Source: Mobula hypostoma (taxonomy: Eukaryota). From it: DNA of 64,000 nt. Location: contig NC_086108.1 in NCBI RefSeq assembly GCF_963921235.1, forward strand, positions 57,104,001-57,168,000, in the 5' to 3' direction. This document shows, piece by piece, positions 50,861-61,012 of this stretch; position 1 is the first letter of the stretch; the number at the start of each line of letters is the position of its first letter. The position numbers and the translations under genes were made by a program. The notes below the pieces were generated by a model. The model made no database searches. It was not told the origin of the DNA and saw only the letters and a list, made by a program, of their open reading frames with translations.

Positions 50861-51284
50861 TTGTGGAACTGCTGTCAGAAACACCTGAATTTTCCACTGC
50901 TCTCCATGTGAATGGAGTCCTTCAATCCACCTGAATAAACAAATGGGGCATTGGTTTAGTCTATGCCCTGAAAGTTAGCACTACTGACAATGCAGTTTGT
51001 TATCAGTGATGTACTCAAGTAACAGTTACAATGGCTCATGAAGAAATACATTACAAAACTGCCTCAGTGGCTCAGTTGGTTAAGATAATGAACTGCTGCA
51101 AAGTTTTTGCACAGTATGAAGACTGAAATTCTAAGCTAATTCTGGGCTGAGTTGTGATTATAGTAATTGTGGTGGCCAACTGGATTCAATCTAATCGAAT
51201 TAGAAACTAGAAAAACAGTGATCCTGAAACCCCTTAAGTGTGCATATATCCTCACATGTTTGTGTGTGGAGATGTATTTACGTA

Positions 51285-51560
51285 GATACTTTATACTTTA
51301 TTGTCGCCAAACAATTGATACTAGAACGTACAATCATCACAGCGATACTTGATTCTATGCTTCCCACTCCCTGGAGTACAAATCGATAGTAAATATTAAA
51401 AATTTAAATTATAAATCATAAATAGAAAATGGAAAGTAAGGTAGTGCAAAAAAACTGAGAGGTAGGTCTGGATACTTGGAGGGTATGGCCCAGATCCGGG
51501 TCAGGATCTGTTCAGCAGTCTTATCACAGTTGGAAAGAAGCTGTTCCCAAATCTGGCTGT
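51285..51560 (-). mobile_element. LINE 3' end fragment (Rex1/L2 group)
   Basis: Tandem tail atactttatacttta. The minus strand has ttgggaacagcttctttccaactgtgataaga (SFFP-like ORF end). Confidence 0.6.
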
Positions 51561-51799
51561 ATAAGAAGGACTCTCACATAATGACCACTTTACATTCTAT
51601 TTTCTCTGGCTTCTATGTGTCTTTGACAACAGGAATCAAAATTCTCAGTTTCCTTTTTGAAGGGAAGATATGTTTTAAAAAGTAAGTGTTTAAAACCTCT
51701 TTGAAGTGTCTCCAATAAGTTTCTTTTGCCGTTATAGAACCTGGAAATGAATACCCAATGCAGTAGTCAGGTCCTGCTTGTGGAATCGATATGACCTGT

Positions 51800-53270
51800 C
51801 TATTGGAGGTGCCCAAGTATAATTAGAACCTCAACGTTGGCTCTGGCAAGGCTGCAAATGTTGATTCATTTATTCCGCCTGTGGATTTGGAGGATTTTGT
51901 GGAGACAGTATTGGTGATATCTCTTCATTGCTACATGCCTACTGCACGTAGTCTAAGTCACTGAAGACCTCAGGAGAGTGGGGATAACTGTTCATAGACT
52001 GCAAGTTCTGTGCTAGGTCTAAGGTCTTTCTCAGATGGCCAAAGGCTCTGCTATTGCACTGCTGCATGGTGAATTTCTTTATTGATACCTGCCTTCATTG
52101 AGCAGCACGTCATTTTCTGGGTTGTGGTCTGGGTCTTTATTGTGAGGAGAAAGTGCTTCTAGACAGTGAGGGCACTCTGTTCGCTAATGCTAAAGGTAAG
52201 GTTCATTTTATCACATGTTTCAATGATCAAACTGACTAACTGGGAGCCTGGCCTCTGAAAATGTGTGTAAGAATTAATTATCTGTGTGGCAGCTCAGTGG
52301 CTGAGGTTGAATGACCTTAGTTCTTGAGTGGAGATGATGTAGACAGATGAGTTTTCTATTTGCCGTACAGATTATCTATACCTCAGTAGAAGATTTGTTG
52401 AAGGTCAAGTGCAATGATGGGAAAGGAAAGATTGGGAAAAGGGTTGGACTGATAATAAGACCTGCTTAGACTCTGGTCTCCACTGGGTCTGGTGTGCATC
52501 TGTTGGCTAGAATTGAAGAATGTAGTTAATAGCCAGATCTGAGAAGGTCCCACTCAGTTGACAGAGCCAAAGGTTTTTTCAAGATCACTAAAAACCATGT
52601 GAATGGTGATCTATATGCTTCTCTTGAAGCTGTCACTTATTGAAGACCACATCCATTGTACATCAAGATGGAAAAAATGTGCAGTGTGATTTGGGGACCC
52701 TCTGAGAGAAGTCAATTGAAGACAGCCGTGGTAATGATTTTCCCTGTGGATACAAAAATAGTCATCCTTTTTTACTCTTAATATTTACCACATTTATAAC
52801 AATCTCTTTTCTTGAAGATAGTTATGATTCAATGATCTTAGAGCTCTCTTACCATTTCTTTGTCTTCCCCGTGTGGGAAGACGAGCCTGTAAATTAATAA
52901 GATAAGCTTCTCTCTACTAAGTTTTAAAGTTGAGCAGGAAGACAATCTTCTCCCAAATCCTTCTCATTTTGCAATTGCTGTATGGCCTTCTAAGCTTCAA
53001 GTCAGTCTGGGGTGCTAGTTGAGATTTAACTATTTAGTGTGTTGTAGGATGGATTCAAAATAGTTGCATCAAGTACTGATTCTCAGCTGAAAAGGTCTTC
53101 AAAATGCTCCATTCCGTAGTTTCCTCTCTGTCCTGATAATCTCTCTTTCATTCTTAAAATTCTTGCTGGGGTTAATCCTTGAGTGTATGGATCAAAAATG
53201 GTCTTAACAGTACTGAAGAATCTCAGAAAATTCTGATTATCAACGAACTGTGGATACCGTAGATATCAAC
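51800..53270 (-). mobile_element. Ancient RTE-clade LINE remnant
   Basis: The decayed minus-strand translation gives GKII, QLQEK and DLEKTFGSVN-like stretches, in the order expected for RTE RT motifs. Confidence 0.6.
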
Positions 53271-55224
53271 CATCTGTAAAGCAGGTGCATAAGCTGTTCC
53301 ATATATTGCACTACTAAGCCATTAAGCCATGTAAGTTTGAGGATTCAGAAAGTCTGTATTACAGTAACTTATTTTCACCATGTAGCAGCAAAGATTGGGC
53401 AATTGGAATCACCATGCTTAATGTACGGAACCATGATGTAGTAATAGGTGTGATGGCTGAGTACTAATACTTATATGGGCTTTAGTTTGGGCAAGATGGG
53501 ATTTTGATTGTGAGCTCTCAGTTGTCAATGGTTTAATGCTATTCACCCTTGACTAATTGTGGAAGGATCTGAAGGACTGAATGAGTCACCTTGGCACTAG
53601 TGTTTGGAAAAGTGGAAAGCATTATTATCAATTATTTAACTAAAGTAATAAGGCTTTAACTTCCCCTTTAGCAAATCAAAATGGGATGCATTGGTAATAG
53701 ATAAGATACACAAATTCAATAAATCTGAAACTAATAGACTCTCAGTCAGTCCTAATTCAGGGTCTTAACCCACAACATCAAACATTCCTTTTACTTCAGG
53801 GTTTTGCGTGATTCATTGAGCTGGTCAACACTTTTCTTTCCTCCAGATTCCACCATCTGTAGTCTTTTGTGTCTCCATGAAACTAATAATTTCAGGTCCA
53901 AATCTATTTCTAATGCAGAGCAACAGAGGTTATTTTTTGCGGTTCCATCATTGTTCTTAATCTAACTCAGCACACAGTTGCCTGGCAGTGATTCAACAAC
54001 TGAATTACTGGGTGAGTTAGAAAACAAGGATATGCTACAAAATAGCTTCATGAAATCTGGAAATATTTTTTGTATTAGGGGGATGTTACTAAATCTAAAT
54101 CAAACCTAGATTTATTAAAGAAAGGCATTCCAATTTCTGAAACTAAATTTTAAAATACATTAATGCAATTGCTTCCATGTAATTGGAAGTTCTCAGATTA
54201 TAACAAAAAATAAATGTAAGATTTCCGTTCAAAATATTTTAATTGGTTTACCATAGAAAAAACTTGGAAATTATGCATTTTTCACATCACTTTCTGAACT
54301 TGCTCAAGAGCCAACTGGTGTGAGATAGGATAGTGGAAATCTATTTGTGCACAGAATGCTCTTACAAACTAAACTGAGATAATAACCAAAGTGTTTCAGA
54401 AATATTGAATTATACTGTTGTCCAGTACACTGAGATAATGCACTTTTCCTTATTCAAAATAATGTCACAGAATCGTACACATCATTTTTTCATTCAAAAG
54501 ACAGCATCTTCAACAGTGCAGCATTCCTTCAATACAACATGAAACGGTAAATCTAGATTTTAGTCATTGGACATGTATTATACCTTTCTTTTTACTAATC
54601 AGGCTTTCACTAATTAAAGTGAATGAGTCTCTTTCAAGTACTTAATGCAAATTACCTTTCAGTCAAATCATAAACCTCATCCTTAGAACAAAGCAATTCT
54701 TTTCCTTTACCCCAAAGTTATTATTTTCTTTTCTTTGTGAAGTCAGTGAACCTTAGAAAAGGAATTATGTTGTGGGATTATTAACTGGATGAAAATACTT
54801 AGGCAAAATTTCATGTGTACCCAGAATTCTTTTGTGGGGACTTGTTGCGATGAGGCTGAGTCTTTTCACAAACCTGAATAGAAGTTCAGAGGTAGAACTA
54901 CCACTGGAATATTGATAACTAATTTAGAATTGAAGCCTGAAATTATTTGTTATGTATTGTTTTATCAGAATTTTGTAGAGGTGGGAAAAAAATAGGGCTG
55001 GGTTGAAATGGAGGGTGGGAGGATAATATCAGATACATTATCAGTTTTGATGCTATAATTGCCTTGGGCTAAATAAAGCAAACAATTAGTCTGTTTCCAG
55101 TGAAAAGTGCACATTCATGGCTACTAGGTAGCAGCTAGATTCAAATATCTCTCTGGTTCAAATAGCATGTCCAAAGTCATTATCATCTAATGCTCTTGGT
55201 TCAGTTACAGTATGACAGCCAGCA

Positions 55225-55665
55225 GACACAATTTTCAGCAGATGCTGAAAAATCTTGAGGAACACTTACATACTGTTAAAGGAACTCAGCAAATCAAGCA
55301 GCACCTTTGGAGGGGAATAAACAGTCGATGTTTCAGGCCAAGACGCTTCATCAGGGCTGGAAAGGAAGGGGGTAGAAGCCAGAATAAGAAGGTGGGAGAG
55401 GGGGAGGAGACAAGCTGGCAGGTGATAGGTGAAACCTGGTGAGTGGAAGGTGGGTAGGTGGGGAGGGGGGCTAGGTGAAACCTGGTGAGTGGAAGGTGGG
55501 TAGGTGGGGAGGGGGGCTATGATTGAGAAGTTGGGAAGTGATAGCTGGAAGAGGTAGAAGGCTGAAGATGAAGGAATCTGATAGAAGAGGACAGTGGAGT
55601 AAAGGGAAAGAGATGGGGAACTGGAGGCAAATCATGAGGGTAGTGAAGAAGAAGAGAAGGGACTG
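55225..55665 (-). mobile_element. Penelope-like 3' UTR with hammerhead motif (55322-55359) and an internal 46-bp duplication
   Basis: The minus strand reads cagcc-CTGATGA-agcgtcttggcct-GAAA-ca-TC-gactg. Direct repeat at 55426-55471 and 55472-55517. Confidence 0.82.
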
Positions 55666-56139
55666 TTAGCCAGTCCTATGATACTGCACTCCAGAGTAAG
55701 CAACTACCTTGAAAGAAGAAAACTGGAGGGAAAAATAAAAGTTGTTTATTTATCAATTAATATTGGTTTACTTACTTGTAAGAGTTCTAATCTAAAATAA
55801 AACAGAAGTTCTCTGGTCATTCATGCAGATAAATTTTAATATATTTTTGTTGCAGTAACCATGCACATAGGAAATTATGATTTAAATCAGAAAATGCAGG
55901 AAGCATGTTTTTTTTTGTCCAAACAACAACCAAAGCTCATGATGGAGTCCACCCATTGTAGAGATCTGACATTTAGCTTTGATTCATTGATTGTACAGTT
56001 GATTTAAGACTTTATTATCTGATTTGTGGCTATTTAGAAATGAGACTTTTTGTGCATATGTGGATCATGTGGCACAGGAGCCTGTGAAATCCATGCCTGG
56101 TTGTACCATGCAGTAAATAGAATTCAATTAGACAATGCT

Positions 56140-56736
56140 TCACATCAGGGAACATTTTCTTTTCAGTTTGTCTCGTTTTTTCTGTTGTTTGGATTTCTTT
56201 CCATCCACTTGGAGGCTTACTGCTCTCCGCTTTTCCAAATTAAGCAACTCTTGGAAAAGTTCCTGCACATTGTGGTTTAGTTTGGCCGAGGTCTCCATGA
56301 AAGAACACATCCACTTCGAGGCCAGCGCTTCTCCCTCGGTGGCCTCCACTTCTCTCTGAGTCTCATCTCTCTTGTTACCCACTAACATGATGGGGATATT
56401 TTGAATGTTTCCTTTGATTTCACATATCTGCTCATAGATGGGTTGCAGTTCTTCCACGGATTGCCTGCTGGTCACAGAGTACACCAGAATGAATGCATGC
56501 CCTTTGGAAATGGACAACCTCTGCATTGCAGGAAACTGATGGCTTCCTGTAGTGTCCGTGATTTGTAGTGTACATATATTCTTATCACAGCTGATCACCT
56601 GCCTATATGTATCTTCAACTGTTGGAATATATGTTTCTCTGAAAGTCCCTCTAACAAAGCGGAGAACTAAAGAGCTTTTCCCAACTCCTGCTGCTCCAAA
56701 TACAACCACCCTATAATCATTGCTTTGCTCCGGCAT
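56140..56736 (-). CDS. DIRAS: DIRAS-family (Di-Ras) small GTPase, 198 aa, single coding exon; probably the non-mammalian DIRAS3-type paralogue
   Basis: [10 protein letters not shown] start, P-loop [17 protein letters not shown], Di-Ras signature [17 protein letters not shown], polybasic tail and CaaX CSLM. Confidence 0.97.
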   Translation of the reverse strand: MPEQSNDYRVVVFGAAGVGKSSLVLRFVRGTFRETYIPTVEDTYRQVISCDKNICTLQITDTTGSHQFPAMQRLSISKGHAFILVYSVTSRQSVEELQPIYEQICEIKGNIQNIPIMLVGNKRDETQREVEATEGEALASKWMCSFMETSAKLNHNVQELFQELLNLEKRRAVSLQVDGKKSKQQKKRDKLKRKCSLM

Positions 56737-56844
56737 TTCAGAAGATTAACTGTAGATGTGTGAAAAAGCAGTATTCTTTGCAATTAGGGTTTGTTTTAGT
56801 GGCATGTGATGTTAGTTTCTGACATTCCCACAGTTGTTATGTAG

Positions 56845-56872
56845 CTGTAAAAGAACAAACATGTAATTAGTC
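56845..56872 (-). promoter_or_regulatory. Splice acceptor for the DIRAS coding exon
   Basis: ctaat branch-like site followed by tgtttgttcttttacag, so the exon would start at 56844. A second candidate acceptor (ttttcacacatctacag) would start it at 56749. Confidence 0.6.
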
Positions 56873-57689
56873 TCATATCCTGTCTTTCACAAATGACCCA
56901 TTTTCTTCTTTATAATACTGCCCATAGCTACAAAACATCAGCACATCTGCTGGAAAGCCATCTTCAATATTTGTGTTAGAACCAGTTTTGACTATCCCAA
57001 CGGTCTTCAGTAAAATTTCTTATTTTCTACTTTCCCTGAAACTGAGTTCATTCAAAAACTTGGTGCCCATATTCTAACCTGCACAAAGTCACAATCATCC
57101 ATCATCCCAAATGGCTTGTTGGCCCACATTAGTTCCCAGTCCGTCAATGCCTCACCTTAACATTCATACACTTCTCTCAAATCCCTTCTTGGCTTAAACC
57201 CTTTCTTTCAGAATCTACATGCACCCTTTGCCCTACCAGTGCACTATAACCCATTCTCTCTTGCCAGAGTAAATTTTATTTCTTTCCCAAAACCTTTGAA
57301 CCATACTTTTCCGTCGACTTGGTGAGAAGTTTTATGTGATCACAATCCCATGAAGCTATTCGTGTTATTAACTGTGAGGCACCAGCCACCTTCCATCCTT
57401 CCATGCCTTCTGTTCCAATGACAGACAGACAGACACACACACACACACACCCCTACCTGATGAACACATCCATGCCACCTTCCATCCTTCAAATTCTTGA
57501 CATTCACTACCTGCTTCCCTATGGATATACAACAATTGAATCTGATTTCTCTACTGCCCCAGAAGTATATTCTTGACCTTCAACCACTTCCTGTATTAAA
57601 ACAGTTTTCTACATGTCATTTCTGGTTCTTTTTCTCATCGCCTTCATTCTATATTTCTTACTTCCCGTCCACTCCACTAATGGGAACTA

Positions 57690-57915
57690 TTTCCCATGGT
57701 CTGTACATTTTATTGTTTTAACTCTGTATCTGGTCTTCTCAACATCCACTCTGTATAGGAAGAACAATCCCAGTTTCCTGGGTCTTTCGTCATGATTTTC
57801 CTTCATCCCTGGAGTCAATCTGGTAAATCTCTTCTGCACCCTTGCCAAAGCCTTTACATCTTTCAAAATCAGTTTGGCTTCATGGGCCAATTGGCCCCCT
57901 TCGGTGCTGTATCTA
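57690..57915 (-). mobile_element. Small CR1 3' remnant in the DIRAS intron
   Basis: Reads KDVKALARVQKRFTRLTPGM...ERPRKLGLF. Confidence 0.7.
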
Positions 57916-59121
57916 TTCTGTTTTTCTGTTTCTCTGGTATGTTCTCTGCAAAATGAGTGACATTCAGCCCACATTAGAAATGGGAAAACAGCAAACTATG
58001 CAAACTCCTTTTGGTGATTAATTTATTCAGAATGATAAAAATGTGCAATGATTTAGCTCCTTTGACATTTTAATATCCTATTTAACAGCTCGTATTTAAC
58101 ATCTCTCAATTGTTTACAAGGGAAGGATGAGACAATTTACACCAAATTACCCATCTTCATCCAAAGGTTTTAAACTGAAACTTGGGGTGGGTTGACAAAG
58201 ATCATTTAGGAGATGTCCGGAGTATGGTGAATGAATGACACCATTGGTGGAGGAAGGGTTTAGAGGAAGCACAGGTGCCTGGATGCAAAATCCCTCCTTT
58301 CCATTTCAATTATCAGTTTACAGAGAGGTCATCAATTTCAGCCACTATGTCAGAGAACTACCCAGCTCGAGAACAAACTGTCCAAGTCGCTCCATCTAAT
58401 GCACAATTACGCCAATAACGTACAATGAATTTCTTAAATATATAGTTTATTAACGCTGCAGTATATCCAATAAAGACACATTGAATTTTAAAATGCCACT
58501 AGCTACATAAAAAAAAACAAATAATTGTAATAAAAATTAATTGGTTTGTGTGAGTTTCACAAAAGAAACATTAAAATAGCACTAATCCCAAAAACAGCAG
58601 TATAATTTCCTGTAATCACAAGATAAAAATGGAATTCAACTCTATTTCAATAATCAGGTATTTTAATTACAAGATCTCAGAACGGGACTCCAAAACGCTG
58701 ACAAAAAATACAAAATCCTACGCATCGGAAAAGTAATTTCACATTTTTCCTCACTGTGGCCCTTAACTATAACGTATTCTTCCGGCCAGGGGGAAACTGC
58801 ATCTTCCTTCAGTCTGAGTTGAGGTCGTTACACATGACAAAATGAAGAATCAATCTACATTTCAGAGGCTGGACTCATTTAGAATGCAAACCTCAATGCA
58901 TCATCCAGTCTCGGTCTGCCGAGTCCGGCGGTGCAAATTTTGCGCAACAGTTGGGACGATTGTTCGGTGGCCCCAGTAGAAGGTCGGTCCAAATCAGGCA
59001 TCATCCCTATCCCCGGACACAGTCTTGCAAGTGAGAGAAGGCACTCCCACATGGATGTCGAGCGAGGAGGAAAGCCAAAACAGATTTCGCTGGTAGCGCT
59101 GTTTTGCAGGCAGGTACTCAC

Positions 59122-59260
59122 CGGACAGGAATGACCATACAGCCGCTGTCTGGCGCCGGTGCACCCACAATAGAAATACGCACCTTCCCGAGAGCTGGCA
59201 GCTCTTCAGAAACTTCGGGACCAGCATTCCCGCGTAAGGCCAGCTACTCCGAGAATCTGG
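59122..59260 (-). other. Probable non-coding first exon of DIRAS (5' end approximate)
   Basis: Consensus donor CCG|GTGAGT at 59122/59121 inside a CpG-rich region. DIRAS genes typically have an untranslated exon 1. Confidence 0.65.
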
Positions 59261-59560
59261 AAGAAGGGAGCGGGCATTAAAGTGGCGCTGGGGAAAGGAG
59301 ATCCCTGGAAATGACTGAAGGAAGAGCGGCGTGGAGAGGAGGAGCACCCGAGGGACTGACGTCAGTTGCTGAGTCCCGTCTTGGGGTCGATTCCCTTCCT
59401 CCTCCCTCGCTGTGATGTACTTTTCCGCTCCTGATACGCTCCGAAATAGCCCACACGTCACTCTCATCTCCGATCTCTCTCGCCTCCAGCAACCTTCATT
59501 TCCTCTACCCATCCTCCCGCCCACTTATCTTCCTTTTTTATTCCTCCACTTCCATCCCCC
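59260..59560 (-). promoter_or_regulatory. DIRAS promoter candidate with a full CRE
   Basis: TGACGTCA at 59357-59364 (extended palindrome actgacgtcagt), half-CRE at about 59454-59460, GC box at about 59516-59522, and TTTAAT at about 59276-59281. Confidence 0.65.
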
Positions 59561-59742
59561 TTGCCCTGCGAGTTATTTTTGCCTTTAAATCCGACAGCTG
59601 TTTAATACATTCTGCATACAAAACGGTTGATGCAAGTAATTCTGCTCGTTGCTCAGTATGATCCGAAAATAAAATATTGCCCTGTCCTTGCTTTAGTGCA
59701 ACGATTCCAAATGCAAGGTTTCAAGCGAATTGCCAAAACCGT

Positions 59743-59745
<3 letters not shown>

Positions 59746-59781
<36 letters not shown>
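59746..59781. repeat. (TA)n microsatellite
   Basis: About 18 TA units. Confidence 0.98.
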
Positions 59782-59784
<3 letters not shown>

Positions 59785-61012
59785 CTGTCATCCCCAGAAT
59801 CCCCGGAGCAGTGAAATATGCAGTTTTCGACACCCGCCCGAGAGGCGACCGAGGAAGCAGATATCAACGCTGGAATTACATTAACAAATAAAAGCAATTT
59901 TAATTTTAAAAAGAAAAAAAACCGTAAGAGAGATTCGTTCTGTTTACCTTCAGCACGTAGACACTCCAAGAGCCAGGCAAGCTGACAATAATAGCCACCT
60001 TATTTCATAAGTAGTCTACGGACGTATTGGAATTATACATCATTTTAAATCATTTGTAACTAAAACATCATTCTATCTCTTCAATTGCAAACAACATCTC
60101 ACTCTTTTACCTTTCTGCTTGAATTTTTAAGATCACGTAAATAGAATTCCTGCGAACACTACTGTCTTGAAAAGGAGCAGGGTCTGGAATAGACTATTCC
60201 CACATAGGGGACGATTGTGTGTCTGTAAATAAAGTATCAAAACGATAACAGTCACTTCTTTTTAAACAGATTAAGGCGAGTTTTGTTTACAGAGGTCGTA
60301 ATTTCGTTCCAATTCTTTACATTCAGAATTTTTGCTGTGGGGGTGGAGGGAAGAAGAGGGATTGCATATAGATTTTGGAAAGAAACCACCCCGTTTTTCA
60401 TTCATTATTTTGTATGTGTGGAACAGCCCATTCATGGAACTCGAGCGCAATGTTGAAGGGGTTGGCCGGAGAGACATAGAAGTTAATACCGGATGACCAC
60501 CAATCGGTGTCGACATGCAGTGCCCTATCTAATCTGCACCGCTTCCACACACCTTCATCCACGGCACTTCAACGCATTTCCTCTGAGCTCCATTATTTAA
60601 TGTGGGGGGGGGGGAAGTGTTCGCGATAACTGACAAGGGACCTGAGATTTCTGGTGAGGTTGAATTATGCTAAACAGCAGATGGTTCCGGCGATATTTAG
60701 TCATACATGAGACACACTTTAAACAAACATTGAGCGCAATATTTGCTTGCGCTGGAGTTGGCGTTAAATTATACTGGTGTCCCTTGGTGCCAAAGGGAAA
60801 TAGCGTAAATTAACGCGGAGATAACTCGGCTATACTGAATTAAACTCCTTCCTGCACTTTCTAAAATAGCCGTGCTGAGTGAAGTATCTCCATAACATCC
60901 AGTTTTGGAGATCCCAATGCAAGCTATTTCAGGGCAGGCAGGGTCCCCTTTTGGGGCCACTCTTGATTTATCAACTGAGAGGAGGAGAAAGATTCTTTAA
61001 GTCCAGGGAACC

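Noticed and set aside
58879..59524. ORFs of 67-176 aa over the DIRAS promoter
   Set aside because: Expected in GC-rich DNA, with no recognisable domain.
59949..59968. RE1/REST site (ttcagcacgtagacac)
   Set aside because: Only the left half-site matches. The spacing and right half are wrong.
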